DNA of 64,000 nt from Candidatus Eremiobacteria bacterium (GTDB lineage Bacteria; Vulcanimicrobiota; Vulcanimicrobiia; Vulcanimicrobiales; Vulcanimicrobiaceae): positions 96,001-160,000 of the forward strand of contig CAVWUU010000001.1 in assembly GCA_963758295.1 (NCBI GenBank), given 5' to 3'. A program made the translations under genes and the position numbers. Below are positions 38,462-48,615 of this stretch, piece after piece. Within the stretch, counting starts at the first letter, position 1, and each line of letters starts with the position of its first letter. The notes below the pieces were generated by a model. That model was not told where the DNA came from, searched no databases, and was given only the letters and a program-made list of their open reading frames with translations.

Positions 38462-39577
38462 CTACTGACGCAGCGGCATCAGAACGTAGAGTTGCTGGCC
38501 GCCTTCGGGCGGTTCGACGGGGCGGATTGCCGCAGGCGAAAGGGGGCCCAGAAATTCGATGACGGTCTGCGCGCTCTTGATATGGTTCAAGATCTCGACG
38601 AGGTAGCGCGCGTTGAAGGCGATCGAAAGATCGTCGCCGGTCTGCTCGACTTCTAGCTCTTCATAGGCGTTGCCCGAGACGTCCGAGCTGGCCGTGACAA
38701 TGAGGGTCTGGTTCGACACCGAGAGCTTCACCATGCTGGCACGGTCGCCGGCAACCAGTTCTGCACGCCGGAGGCCGCCGATGAGCGCCTGCGTATTCAC
38801 GGTTACCGACCGGTCGAACTTGGCCGGAATGACCTGTTGGTAATTCGGATACTGCCCGTCGACCAGACGAACCGTGATCGAAACACCGCCCGCGGTCATT
38901 TGCAGCTGGTTACTTTGCGCTCCAAGGGCGCTCACGGCTATCTGATCGCTACCGCCCAGGTTGCGGGCCGCCTCGGCCAGCGCTCGCGATGGAACGATAT
39001 ACTTCTCGGCGGCGCTGATGCCGTCGTCCAGCGTCGTTTGATACTTCGCCAGGCGGTAGCCGTCGGTCGCGACCATCGTCATCGAATTGCCTTCGATTTC
39101 GAGCAGCGTACCCATTAGGACCGCGCCACGTGCTTCTTCGCTCGACGCCGCGAAGATCGTCGCGTCGATGCCTTCACGAAAGCGTTTCGCCCCGATTGTG
39201 AAGTGCGAGCCTTTTGTGGCCGCGGGCAGCGGCGGATACTCGTCGGCCGGCAGCGCGTGAAAATCATAGTTGCTGCGTTCGCACTTGACGCTGGCGCGCG
39301 TCGGCGTGCCGGTAAGCTCCATCAAGCCCGACGGCAGATTGCCGAGATAGCTCGAAAACAGCTTGGCGGGCACCGTTACGGAGCCGCCCTCGCCGATCTC
39401 CGCTGGGAAGGCATGCTCGAGCGTGAGCTCTAGGTCGGTGGCACGCACGGCGATCTTCCCGTCTTCGGCTGCGAGCAGCACGTTGGACAGGATTGGGACG
39501 GTCGTGTGAGCGTTGACGACCTTGCTGGCGGCTCCGACCGCCGCGGCGATGTCTTTGGTATTACAGGTGAACTTCAT
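38462..39577 (-). CDS. dnaN: DNA polymerase III beta clamp
   Basis: PILSNVLL, ATDLE, VATDGYRLA, GQYPNY, FNARYL, VLMPLR. Start MKFTC at ATG 39577 after GGAG. Confidence 0.98.
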   Translation of the reverse strand: MKFTCNTKDIAAAVGAASKVVNAHTTVPILSNVLLAAEDGKIAVRATDLELTLEHAFPAEIGEGGSVTVPAKLFSSYLGNLPSGLMELTGTPTRASVKCERSNYDFHALPADEYPPLPAATKGSHFTIGAKRFREGIDATIFAASSEEARGAVLMGTLLEIEGNSMTMVATDGYRLAKYQTTLDDGISAAEKYIVPSRALAEAARNLGGSDQIAVSALGAQSNQLQMTAGGVSITVRLVDGQYPNYQQVIPAKFDRSVTVNTQALIGGLRRAELVAGDRASMVKLSVSNQTLIVTASSDVSGNAYEELEVEQTGDDLSIAFNARYLVEILNHIKSAQTVIEFLGPLSPAAIRPVEPPEGGQQLYVLMPLRQ

Positions 39578-39599
39578 ACTCCACCGATTCTGGCGCGCG

Positions 39600-39830
39600 T
39601 CTTTCCGTAGTAAGAATTTATAAATACCGTCGTAACAGTAGTAGGGCGGTGTATTCCGCGGATAAGTGCCTTTTCGCTTGTTTCCATGCGGGTTTCCGCC
39701 AAGAATAAGGTGTGCATGGACGCCGGCGCCCAATACACATCTCCACACGGCGGAGTCCCGGAGCAGTTATCCACGCATAAAGGCTCGCCCTTGTATGTAA
39801 CCATGTGAACTTTGGGCAGAGCCGTTTTTT
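39600..39830. other. oriC unwinding part in the dnaA-dnaN spacer
   Basis: Minus strand reads TTATCCGCG-GAATACACC-GCCC-TACTACTGTTACGAC-GG-TATTTATAAATTC: two box-like sites, a GC spacer, DnaA-trios and an AT tract. Further box TTATCCACG at 39767-39775. Confidence 0.85.
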
Positions 39831-39832
39831 CT

Positions 39833-39870
39833 AAAAGAAAAAGTCCGCACGTTGCTGCGGACTTCTTTTT
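39833..39870 (-). terminator. Intrinsic terminator after dnaA, possibly bidirectional
   Basis: AAGTCCGCA-CGTTGC-TGCGGACTT stem with A/T tracts on both sides. Confidence 0.8.
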
Positions 39871-39872
39871 AT

Positions 39873-41231
39873 TTACGGGTTTTGGCACATTGCGATGAGT
39901 TGCCGGATCTTGTTCCTATACGCTTCGTCTCGCTGCATTTGATCTTTGATCTTGTCGCGCGCGTACATGACCGTCGTGTGATCTTTCTTGCCGAAGTCAC
40001 GCGCGATCTGCGGAAGCGAGTAGTTCGTAAGTTCGGTTGCGATGAACATCGCAATCTGGCGAGGCCCGGCGAGCCGCTGATCGCGGCGTCCGTTGTCCAT
40101 TTCTTTGACCGTAAGCCCGTGCGCGCTTGCGACGGTCTCCTTGATCTTTGGAATGGTTACACGTTGTAACGGCGCTTGTGCAACCGCGCTCTTGAGGACT
40201 TCGGCCGCTAAGTCCAGCGTGATGGGCGACTTCGTCAAAGACGCATACGCCACGACGCGGATCAATGCGCCTTCCAGCTCGCGGATGTTCGACGGAATGA
40301 CCTTGGCGATGAACGACGTGACTTCGTCGGGCACCGGAATCTTTTCGCTCTCGGCCTTCTTGCGCAGAATCGCTTCACGCGTTTCGATGTCGGGCGACTG
40401 AATGTCGGTCAACAGGCCCCATTCGAACCGCGAACGCAGCCGAGACTCAAGGGTCTGAATCTCTTTGGGAGGACGGTCCGACGAAATGATCAGCTGCCGT
40501 CCCGACTCGTGCAAGGCGTTGAAGGTATGAAAGAACTCTTCTTGCGTCGTTTCTTTGCCGGCCAGGAACTGAATGTCGTCGATCAACAGCACGTCAACCT
40601 GGCGGTAGCGATTGCGAAACTCGGGCGTCCGGTTATTTTGAAGCGCGATGATGAATTCGTTGGTGAATTTCTCGCACGTAACATAGACGACGTTCGCGCT
40701 CGGGTTGTCTTGCCAAACGCGATGGCCGATCGCGTGCATTAGGTGAGTCTTGCCGAGACCAACGCCGCCATAAAGGAACAGCGGGTTGTAGGCGCGCGCC
40801 GGCGCCGACGCAACCGCCTGGGCGGCGGCGTGCGCGAACCGGTTGGAGTTGCCGATGACGAACTCCTCAAAGGTATAGCGGGCGTTGAGGTTCGCCGTGC
40901 GCAGCTCTTCGGGCTGGCGCGAGATCGTGGCCGCCGGCGCGGGCGCCGGGGCACTACCCTCGGTGTCGGCAACCGTGAACCGCAGGTCCAGCGTGGCGCC
41001 GAAGACCTCCGCGAGGACGTCGGCTATCTGGCCTTTGAGGCGATTCTCGACCCAGTCCCGGGCGAAGTTGCTCTGAACCGACAGCAGCAGCTCGTCCCCG
41101 TGCAGCGACACCAGGCGGATCGGTTTGATCCACATCTCAAAGATCGGCTTGGAGAACTTGCGCTCCAAAGCCTCGAGAGCCGAATCCCATAACTCATCCG
41201 AGATGTGGGAATTGCCGACTGCAAGCGCCAT
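39873..41231 (-). CDS. dnaA: Chromosomal replication initiator DnaA
   Basis: YTFEEFVIG, YNPLFLYGGVGLGKTHL, DDIQF, RLRSRFEWG, NIRELEGAL, KDHTTV. Start set at ATG 41231 after AGAGG; 41270 is an alternative. Confidence 0.99.
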   Translation of the reverse strand: MALAVGNSHISDELWDSALEALERKFSKPIFEMWIKPIRLVSLHGDELLLSVQSNFARDWVENRLKGQIADVLAEVFGATLDLRFTVADTEGSAPAPAPAATISRQPEELRTANLNARYTFEEFVIGNSNRFAHAAAQAVASAPARAYNPLFLYGGVGLGKTHLMHAIGHRVWQDNPSANVVYVTCEKFTNEFIIALQNNRTPEFRNRYRQVDVLLIDDIQFLAGKETTQEEFFHTFNALHESGRQLIISSDRPPKEIQTLESRLRSRFEWGLLTDIQSPDIETREAILRKKAESEKIPVPDEVTSFIAKVIPSNIRELEGALIRVVAYASLTKSPITLDLAAEVLKSAVAQAPLQRVTIPKIKETVASAHGLTVKEMDNGRRDQRLAGPRQIAMFIATELTNYSLPQIARDFGKKDHTTVMYARDKIKDQMQRDEAYRNKIRQLIAMCQNP

Positions 41232-41339
41232 CCTCTGCGTCCCCGTGACGTCATAAGTAGTTTCGGACATACCGTAAATGCGAGTCGTCGTTTCGCACCC
41301 GTGATGCCCGTGAGGACGCTATCGGTTGGCTTAATCAGG

Positions 41340-41600
41340 TGCCTCTCCTGCGGAATCCATGCACGATCTTATCCACTTATCCACAGGCGCCTTCGAACGG
41401 TTTTTCGGGCTTTTTCACCGCAACAGGAGCATCTTTTCACCGCCCCCTCGATAGGCCGATTCGCCCCGTAAATACAGGCGTTTTCGATGAATAACGCAAG
41501 CAAGCAGAAGCACTTTCTCCACAGCCCTATCCACAAGTGTGGAAATCCCGAAGGTTGAGGGGATTTGTGGCCCAGTCGCCTTGACGGCGGGACCGCCCGC
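41340..41600. promoter_or_regulatory. DnaA-box cluster in the dnaA-rpmH divergent spacer (second part of oriC / autoregulation)
   Basis: TTATCCACT 41369, perfect TTATCCACA 41377, TTCTCCACA 41515, CTATCCACA 41527, reverse-oriented TGTGGAAAT 41538. Confidence 0.85.
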
Positions 41601-41669
41601 CATCTATACTATGGGGCTGTGTGCCGCCGCCTCTTCGGCGGCTATTTTTACCTAGGAGTTCGAGTAACG

Positions 41670-41804
41670 ATGAAGCGGACATTTCAGCCGCATAACCGGC
41701 GCCGCAAACGCGTCCACGGTTTCATGGAACGGATGAGCACCAAGAACGGACGTAAGGTGTTGGCCCGTCGCCGCAAAAAAGGGCGTCATCGCCTTACCGT
41801 CTGA
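41670..41804 (+). CDS. rpmH: 50S ribosomal protein L34
   Basis: [22 protein letters not shown]…[16 protein letters not shown]. Confidence 0.98.
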   Translation: MKRTFQPHNRRRKRVHGFMERMSTKNGRKVLARRRKKGRHRLTV

Positions 41805-42124
41805 TGCGGCACTTTGCCAGCCTGCGGCGTAGCGCGGATTTTTCGCGGCTTCGCCAGCGGGGCCGGCGGATTGCCAGCGGCCTTCTCACCGTTTATTTCG
41901 CCGATCCTTTTGCTTCCGATAGCAGCGCGGTTGTCGGAATCACGGTCGGCAAGCCGGTGGGGAAAGCCGTAGTTCGTAATACGGTTCGCCGCCGCATCGC
42001 GGCGATTTTGCACAACGCATTGGAAGGGCGCCGGGTCCGGCTCTTGGTCGTCGCAAGACCGGGAGCGGCCCAGGCGCCTTTCGCACAATTGCAACGCGAA
42101 CTCGAGCGTGCGCTCGCTCGGTAG
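41804..42124 (+). CDS. rnpA: RNase P protein component
   Basis: GITVGKPVGKAVVRNTVRRRI (RNR-type motif); follows rpmH. Confidence 0.95.
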   Translation: MRHFASLRRSADFSRLRQRGRRIASGLLTVYFADPFASDSSAVVGITVGKPVGKAVVRNTVRRRIAAILHNALEGRRVRLLVVARPGAAQAPFAQLQRELERALAR

Positions 42125-42130
42125 GCTAGC

Positions 42131-42364
42131 ATGCGAGAATTGTTGATTCTGCTCGTTGGGGCGTACCGGCTGATTCTTTCACCGGTGCTGCCGCGCGCAT
42201 GCCGGTTCTATCCGAGCTGTTCGCAGTATGCCGTCGATGCGATTCAGAAACATGGAGCCGTGCGCGGGGTATGGTTGACTGCGCAGCGGCTCTCGCGCTG
42301 TCATCCGTGGCACCCGGGCGGCGTAGACCTCGTCCCCGATCGCGCGCGCCCCTTGGAAAGGTAA
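42131..42364 (+). CDS. yidD: Membrane protein insertion efficiency factor
   Basis: CRFYPSCSQYA…RCHPWHPGG. Confidence 0.97.
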   Translation: MRELLILLVGAYRLILSPVLPRACRFYPSCSQYAVDAIQKHGAVRGVWLTAQRLSRCHPWHPGGVDLVPDRARPLER

Positions 42365-42367
42365 TCG

Positions 42368-43225
42368 TTGCACGTCTTACTCGGAACCAACGTGTTCCTC
42401 GATCCGATTGTCGCCGGCATGTCCTGGCTTGTACGAGCCATCAATGGGCCGGTGCACAACCTCGGCATCAGTCTTATCGTACTTGCGATCATCTTCCGCA
42501 TTGTGTTCTGGGGCTTGAACGCCAAGCAGTTCAAGTCGATGATGGCGATGCAGAAGATCGCTCCGAGGCTCAAAAAGCTGCAAGAACGCTACAAGGGCGA
42601 TCAGCAAAAGCTGCAGCAAGAGACCATGGCGCTCTACAAAGAGTCCGGCGCAAACCCGTTAACGGGCTGCTTGCCAATGCTGATTCAGTACCCGTTCATC
42701 ATCAGCGTCTTCTACATGGTGCTGCAGCATAAGAGCGACTACGAGAACCAGCACTTCCTTTGGATCGGCAGCGCTCTGGCCGCGCACTCACCGAAGCTCT
42801 TCGGCGTCGACGTCTTTGGTGCCAGCCTCGCCCATCCGGACGTGATCTTGCTCGTCCTATACGCAGTCTCGATGTACGTGAACGTGCGTTTCGGCAGCAT
42901 GCCGGCCACGGATCCGCAACAGGCGCAAACCCAGAAGATGATGTCCATCATGTCGCCGCTGATGCTGGGCTTCTTCGGCTTCAAGTACGGCTGGCCGTCG
43001 GCGATGGTGCTCTACTGGTTCGCGTCCAACCTCTTCCAATTCGCGCAGCAATTCTACATGCTCCGCCGGTTTAACGAACCGCTGTCGTTCCTTGATAGCG
43101 CGCACGTGATCACCGACGACGTTCCACCGGAGCAGCTTGCCCCGAAGGCGCAGGCCAAGTCGCTGCAAAGCGGCAACGGCACTCGCAAAGCGAAGAACAA
43201 GAAAACGAAAGGCGCTCAGTCGTAA
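42368..43225 (+). CDS. yidC: Membrane protein insertase YidC (short form)
   Basis: MALYKESGANPLTGCLPMLIQ, LYWFASN. Confidence 0.96.
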   Translation: MHVLLGTNVFLDPIVAGMSWLVRAINGPVHNLGISLIVLAIIFRIVFWGLNAKQFKSMMAMQKIAPRLKKLQERYKGDQQKLQQETMALYKESGANPLTGCLPMLIQYPFIISVFYMVLQHKSDYENQHFLWIGSALAAHSPKLFGVDVFGASLAHPDVILLVLYAVSMYVNVRFGSMPATDPQQAQTQKMMSIMSPLMLGFFGFKYGWPSAMVLYWFASNLFQFAQQFYMLRRFNEPLSFLDSAHVITDDVPPEQLAPKAQAKSLQSGNGTRKAKNKKTKGAQS

Positions 43226-43230
43226 TAACA

Positions 43231-43890
43231 ATGCTCTACGAAGACGATTTCGAGTTCGAAGAACAACCGGCCAACATTCGCGATCGCCAGATCCCGGGCA
43301 AAGGCGCTCCGCCTCGCACGGGCGGTGGCGGCGGTGGCGGCGGCGGACGCCGCGGCGGCGGCGGACGGGGACGAGGCAACGGTGGACGGCGCTATGGGGC
43401 GCCGCTCGGTGCGAGCTCCGGCGAGCACCACGAATTGCCCGAAAATGCCGTACCCGCGCGCGACCTGCTCGTGCAGCTGCTGGAAAAGATGGGCGTCGAT
43501 CAGGTTGAGATTGCGTACATCCCGCGTCAGGAAGGCGAGTATCTCGAAGTTACCGGACCCGATCTTGCCATGTTAATCGGCCGTCACGGCAACACGCTGG
43601 AAGCGTTGAATCTGATCTTCAACAACATCATCAATGCGGGCGTGCGCAGCAACCGCCGGTATTACACGATCGATGCCGAGGGATATCGCGCGCGCCGCGC
43701 CGATCAGCTCAAACATCTCGCGCTTGCGACGCTGGAACGCGTGTTGCGCGAAGGCAAAGCGCAGAAGCTCGAGCCGATGCTCCCGTCGGAGCGAAAGATC
43801 GTCCACCTCGCGCTCTCGGAAAACGAAAACGTGCGGACGGAATCCGAGGGTGAAGAGCCGGAACGCCGCGTGGTGGTGTTTCCCAAATAG
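43231..43890 (+). CDS. jag: Jag/KhpB/EloR RNA-binding protein (KH + R3H)
   Basis: LIGRHGNTLEAL (KH), ERKIVHLAL and SEGEEPERRVV (R3H); Gly/Arg-rich N-terminus. Confidence 0.93.
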   Translation: MLYEDDFEFEEQPANIRDRQIPGKGAPPRTGGGGGGGGGRRGGGGRGRGNGGRRYGAPLGASSGEHHELPENAVPARDLLVQLLEKMGVDQVEIAYIPRQEGEYLEVTGPDLAMLIGRHGNTLEALNLIFNNIINAGVRSNRRYYTIDAEGYRARRADQLKHLALATLERVLREGKAQKLEPMLPSERKIVHLALSENENVRTESEGEEPERRVVVFPK

Positions 43891-43923
43891 CCTGGAGACT
43901 TCCCACGGTGACGGAATCATAAC

Positions 43924-43953
43924 AAGCGGTGCCCAAGGGCGCCGCTTTTATAT
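43924..43953 (+). terminator. Intrinsic terminator after jag
   Basis: AAGCGGTGCCC-AA-GGGCGCCGCTT followed by TTATATTT. Confidence 0.75.
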
Positions 43954-44001
43954 TTCCCTCCAAGCCGTAACATGCGCCGCCTGCGTTTGGTACGATAAGA
44001 C

Positions 44002-44436
44002 ATGAGCGCTTACGAACACAATCAGTGGGGCGCCATTCCCATCGTCGTTGCCGTCGTGATTTTTCTCTTTGCCGGCGCCGTGGTCGACGTTTCGCAACAG
44101 CCCGCTGCAGCCGTCTTGCTGATCGCGGCGGGCGTCCTAATTGCCTTCGCCCGTCTCGCCACGCGCGTCGATGAAACGGGCGTCAGTTGGGCCTTCACGG
44201 CCGGTGTTCCGCGCGGCTACATTGGGTTCAACGAAATCTATCGCATGGAACGCGTCCGGACGAGTCTCATCGAGGGATGGGGCATTCACTGGACCTGGTG
44301 GCACGGCTGGCTTTGGAACGTCGGCGGGTTCGACGCCGTGCAGTTTCTGCTCAAGAACGGCAAGAGCATCACCCTTGGAACCAACGACGCCGAGGGGCTT
44401 TACAAAGCCGTCCTCAGCCGTTTAACCGTCGTCTGA
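44002..44436 (+). CDS. Hypothetical two-TM membrane protein with a Trp-rich soluble domain
   Basis: Two N-terminal hydrophobic helices; GWGIH…GWLWNVGG…LGTND. Confidence 0.75.
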   Translation: MSAYEHNQWGAIPIVVAVVIFLFAGAVVDVSQQPAAAVLLIAAGVLIAFARLATRVDETGVSWAFTAGVPRGYIGFNEIYRMERVRTSLIEGWGIHWTWWHGWLWNVGGFDAVQFLLKNGKSITLGTNDAEGLYKAVLSRLTVV

Positions 44437-44485
44437 CGATCCGCGCCGGCAGTGCGGTTTCTTCTTTTGACGAATCGCGCGCATC

Positions 44486-45829
44486 ATGACGCGCGAAACG
44501 ATTGCCGCTATTGCGACGCCCCCGGGACGCGGCGCGATTGCCATCGTCCGCGCTAGCGGTCCGAACGTACGTGAGATTGCGGATCGTGTGGTTCCGGGTG
44601 TAGAGCTGCGTCCTCGATACGCCCACTACGCCGAGATTTTAGATCAGAGCGGTCACCCGATCGATCGCGGGCTCGCGCTCTTTTCTGCAGCGCCCCATAG
44701 TTACACCGGCGAACATACGCTGGAATTGCACGTGCATGGTTCGCCGATCGTTGCGCGCGAAGTGCTGCGTTCGCTGCTTGCGGCCGGCGCGCGCCTAGCC
44801 GAACCGGGCGAGTTCACGCGACGCGCGTTTTTAAACGGAAAACTCGATCTGCATGCGGCCGCGGCCGTCGCAGATTTAATCGATGCGGAAACGCGTTCGG
44901 CGGCGCGCGCCGCGCTAGCGAATCTCGGGGGCGGACTAGCGAACGACGTGCGAAGGTTGCGTTCGGTGCTTGCGTCCATCGTTGAAGAATGCAGCGGGGC
45001 CGTCGATTTTCCGGAAGAAATTCCGGACCCCGACCGTTCGCGTATCGACGGCGCGCTTGCGTCCATTCTGGAGGAGCTGCAACAGCTGCGGCGAGACGGC
45101 GAAGCCGGACGGCTCGTGCGCGAAGGCGTGACCGTCGCGATCGTCGGGCCGCCGAACGCGGGAAAATCCTCGCTGCTAAATGCGCTGCTGGGCGAAGACC
45201 GGGCACTCGTTTCGGAGATCGCCGGCACGACCCGGGACACGATCGAAGAATCGATTTCGATCGACGGAGTGCGCGTTCGTCTCGTCGATACGGCCGGAAT
45301 CCGCGAACATGCCGACCGCCTTGAAGCGGCCGGCATCGAGCGAACCCGCCATGCCCTCGAATCCGCGCGCGTGGCGCTCATCGTCATCGACGGGTCGGAG
45401 CCGCTTGGCCAAGAGGCGCGCGCGATTCTGGACGAGACCGCGGACCGCGAGCGTGTCGTCTTCTTCAACAAAGGCGATCTGGGCCAGAGCGGGGCCGAAG
45501 CCGAGGGCCTCGACGGAGCGGTAACCGGGTCCATCCGCAATGCGGGAACCATCGCACAGATCCGAGCGGCGCTCGCAGAGGTTGGCTGGGGCGGTGACGT
45601 CCCCGACCTCGAGCGGCCGCATCTCGCATCGTTGCGCGAATTCGACGCCGTCAATATTGCCATCGCGGCACTGAATGAAGCACGATGGACTCTGACGCGA
45701 AACGAACCTATCGATCTGATTGTTGGAGATTTACAAGCGGCGTTTGCGGCTCTCGGACACGTAAGCGGCGATATCGCTGCCGAAGACGTGTTGACCGGCG
45801 TGTTCGCGCGCTTTTGCATCGGCAAATGA
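44486..45829 (+). CDS. mnmE: tRNA modification GTPase MnmE
   Basis: IAAIATPPG, GEFTRRAFLNGK, GPPNAGKSSL, GTTRD, DTAG, terminal FCIGK. Confidence 0.98.
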   Translation: MTRETIAAIATPPGRGAIAIVRASGPNVREIADRVVPGVELRPRYAHYAEILDQSGHPIDRGLALFSAAPHSYTGEHTLELHVHGSPIVAREVLRSLLAAGARLAEPGEFTRRAFLNGKLDLHAAAAVADLIDAETRSAARAALANLGGGLANDVRRLRSVLASIVEECSGAVDFPEEIPDPDRSRIDGALASILEELQQLRRDGEAGRLVREGVTVAIVGPPNAGKSSLLNALLGEDRALVSEIAGTTRDTIEESISIDGVRVRLVDTAGIREHADRLEAAGIERTRHALESARVALIVIDGSEPLGQEARAILDETADRERVVFFNKGDLGQSGAEAEGLDGAVTGSIRNAGTIAQIRAALAEVGWGGDVPDLERPHLASLREFDAVNIAIAALNEARWTLTRNEPIDLIVGDLQAAFAALGHVSGDIAAEDVLTGVFARFCIGK

Positions 45830-45839
45830 GGAGGTCACC

Positions 45840-46388
45840 ATGATCGACACGCTCGCTCGCAATTGGTGGGCATTGCTGATTCGTGGAATTGCGGCAATCA
45901 TTTTCGGGCTGCTCGCGCTTCTTTGGCCCGCGGCCGCCGGCGCCGCGCTCGTCATTCTCTTCGGCGCGTATGCCTTCGTCGACGGACTCTTTGCGATCGT
46001 TGCCGCGATCCGCGCCGCTGAATCACACGAACGCTGGGGCGCATTGCTATTCGAAGGAATCGTCGGCATCGTGATTGCCGCCATTGTTTTCCTCGAACCG
46101 CGCGCCGCGGCGTTCGGACTTTACATAACGATCGCGATTTGGGCGTTTTTAACGGGCATTTTGGAGATCGCGGCAGCTATTAGATTGCGCTCGATTCTTC
46201 CGAACGACTGGATGCTGTTGCTCGCGGGAATCGCGTCGATCGTTTTCGGCGTGTTGATGATCGTCTATCCGCTCGCAGGCGCGCTTACCGTCATCTGGCT
46301 AATCGGCGCGTATGCGGTCGTCTTCGGCGTGATCATGATCGGCTTCGCGTTTCGTTTGCGCAGCCGGTCCGTCGCCGCGCTGGTTTAG
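45840..46388 (+). CDS. HdeD/DUF308-family membrane protein
   Basis: WWALLIRGIAAIIFG…FGAYAFVDG; six hydrophobic segments. Confidence 0.9.
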   Translation: MIDTLARNWWALLIRGIAAIIFGLLALLWPAAAGAALVILFGAYAFVDGLFAIVAAIRAAESHERWGALLFEGIVGIVIAAIVFLEPRAAAFGLYITIAIWAFLTGILEIAAAIRLRSILPNDWMLLLAGIASIVFGVLMIVYPLAGALTVIWLIGAYAVVFGVIMIGFAFRLRSRSVAALV

Positions 46389-46729
46389 CCGCTCGTTCCC
46401 GAACCTGAGGCGCCGCCGCAGCTGTAGTCCAACGTCGTGCTGCAAGCCTTGATGTCGTACGTGGTATTGCCGCGCACGCGGACGGCCTGCGCGGCTTGCG
46501 AAGGCACGTCGGCCGATTGCCAGGTAAGGCGATAGGTTCCCGGAGCTAACTTTAGGGTAAAGCGGCCGTCCCGCCCGGTCGTCACGGCGTGCCGGACGAT
46601 GCCGTGCGCGGCGGTGACGTGCACACCGGCGAGCGGCTGGCCCGTCGTTGCATCGGTAACGCGTCCGGTAAGGAGCGCGAGCGCTAAGACAACAAGAGCG
46701 TTGGCGAGGCGGCTGTGAGCTTTTGGCAT
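46385..46729 (-). CDS. Small secreted carboxypeptidase-regulatory-like (transthyretin-like) domain protein
   Basis: LTGRVTDATTGQPLAGVHV…TGRDGRFTL…PGTYRL. Confidence 0.75.
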   Translation of the reverse strand: MPKAHSRLANALVVLALALLTGRVTDATTGQPLAGVHVTAAHGIVRHAVTTGRDGRFTLKLAPGTYRLTWQSADVPSQAAQAVRVRGNTTYDIKACSTTLDYSCGGASGSGTSG

Positions 46730-46749
46730 ATCTGGTACACTAGCACATC

Positions 46750-48615
46750 GTGAACGGGGCATATCGGAACGACGACGCGGGAGTCATCGTCGTTGGCGGC
46801 GGTCATGCGGGCGTGGAAGCCGCCCTGGCTTCGGCGCGCCTCGGCGTCGCCACCGTCCTCGTAACGGGGAACCCGGAAAAAATCTGTACGCTTCCGTGCA
46901 ATCCGTCGATCGGCGGCAGCGCTAAGGGCCAGCTCGTACGTGAAATTGACGCGCTCGGAGGCGCCATGGCGTCGCTGGCCGACCGGTGCAGCGTTCATTC
47001 GCGCTTCTTGAACGAGACGAAGGGGCCGGCCGTCCGCGCCCTGCGGCAACAGATGGACAAGCCGGCGTATGCACGGCTTGCCATCCGAGTATTGCGCGAG
47101 CAAACGAATCTGACGATCGTGCAAGGGTTAGTAGAGGATTTGATCGTCGAGAGCGGCGCGGTGCGTGGAGTGATTTGCACCGACGGCGCGAGATATTTTG
47201 CGCACCGCGTCGTCCTCGCTACGGGAACGTTCCTCGGCGGTAAAACGTTTCGCGGCGACGTCGTTCAGGCCGAAGGGCGTTTTGGTGAGGCGCCTGCAAT
47301 CGGTCTCTCGCATACTCTCCGGGAGATCGGCTTTCCGACCCGCCGGTTAAAAACCGGTACGCCGCCGCGCATCGATCGTAACACCATCGATTACGAAGCG
47401 ATGCAGCTGCAGTCCGCGAGCGATGTTCCGTTGATGTTTTCGTATCGCAGCGAACCGCAATTCGCAGGCCCGCAATTGCCGTGCTTCATCACCGAGACCA
47501 ACGCACGCACGCATCAACTCGTACGCGAAAACCTGCATTTATCGCCGCTTTACGGCCTAGATTTGATCGAAGGCATCGGCCCGCGTTATTGTCCTTCGAT
47601 TGAAGATAAAGTCATAAAATTCGCGCATAATCCAACGCACCAAATCTTTATCGAGCCGGAAGGCTGGGATGAACCGACGCTTTACGTCGGTGGATTTTCG
47701 ACGTCGTTGCCGGCGGAAGTGCAGCTGGAAATGTTACACACGTTGCCCGGCTTGGAGCATTGCACGATGTTGCGCGCGGGATACGCGGTGGAGTACGACA
47801 TGGTGCCACCGACCGAATTGCGAGATTCGCTCGAAACGCATCGCGTTGCCGGCTTGTATCACTGCGGACAACTCAACGGCACGTCAGGATATGAAGAAGC
47901 GGCAGCGCAGGGCCTGATGGCCGGCATGAATGCGGCACTTGCCGCTCAAGGCCGCGAACCGGTTCGTTTGGAGCGCAGTGAAGCCTACATCGGCGTGATG
48001 ATCGACGATCTCGTAACAAAGGGCGTCGACGAGCCGTATCGGATGCTCACCTCGCGTGCCGAGCACCGGGTGCTTTTGCGACACGACAACGCCGATACGC
48101 GTCTTACCCCGATCGGCCGCGAAGCCGGGCTCGTAGACGACGAAGGCTGGGAGGCCTTTCAGGCGCGGCAGTCGCAGGTGCGAAACGCGATCGTACGCGC
48201 TGAACGGGAACGGGTCGGTAGCGGCACGATCAAGGATCAAGCCTTTGGTCCGGGCCATACTCTCGCGGACGCGCTCCGACGTCCGACGCTAGAGTTTGAG
48301 GATGTTTCAGCACGATTCGCGCCTGCGTTACCGCCACAAACGGGAGAACGCGCAGCGATCGAGATCAAGATCGCCGGCTACGTGCGCCGCCAGCAAATGG
48401 CAATCGAGAAGGCGGCCAAGACGGAACGGCTGGAGATCCCGGAGGACCTCGACTACGGATCGATGACCGCGCTTTCGCGTGAAGCACGCGAGAAACTCAG
48501 CCATCAGCGACCGCGCACGCTCGGTGCAGCGGCGCGCATTCCGGGCGTGACGCCCGCCGACGTTGCAATCGTCGGCCTGTACATCCATCGCGAGCGGAGC
48601 GCCGCGACCGCGTGA
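46750..48615 (+). CDS. mnmG: tRNA uridine-5-carboxymethylaminomethyl enzyme MnmG (GidA)
   Basis: [54 protein letters not shown]. Confidence 0.99.
   Translation: MNGAYRNDDAGVIVVGGGHAGVEAALASARLGVATVLVTGNPEKICTLPCNPSIGGSAKGQLVREIDALGGAMASLADRCSVHSRFLNETKGPAVRALRQQMDKPAYARLAIRVLREQTNLTIVQGLVEDLIVESGAVRGVICTDGARYFAHRVVLATGTFLGGKTFRGDVVQAEGRFGEAPAIGLSHTLREIGFPTRRLKTGTPPRIDRNTIDYEAMQLQSASDVPLMFSYRSEPQFAGPQLPCFITETNARTHQLVRENLHLSPLYGLDLIEGIGPRYCPSIEDKVIKFAHNPTHQIFIEPEGWDEPTLYVGGFSTSLPAEVQLEMLHTLPGLEHCTMLRAGYAVEYDMVPPTELRDSLETHRVAGLYHCGQLNGTSGYEEAAAQGLMAGMNAALAAQGREPVRLERSEAYIGVMIDDLVTKGVDEPYRMLTSRAEHRVLLRHDNADTRLTPIGREAGLVDDEGWEAFQARQSQVRNAIVRAERERVGSGTIKDQAFGPGHTLADALRRPTLEFEDVSARFAPALPPQTGERAAIEIKIAGYVRRQQMAIEKAAKTERLEIPEDLDYGSMTALSREAREKLSHQRPRTLGAAARIPGVTPADVAIVGLYIHRERSAATA

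Noticed and set aside
39578..39748. N-terminal extension of dnaN in the ORF track; similar extensions for trpS, lpxA, rpmH and the long Skp-like gene
   Set aside because: The extensions run through oriC, the attenuator or neighbouring genes; the downstream starts match family N-termini or have an RBS.
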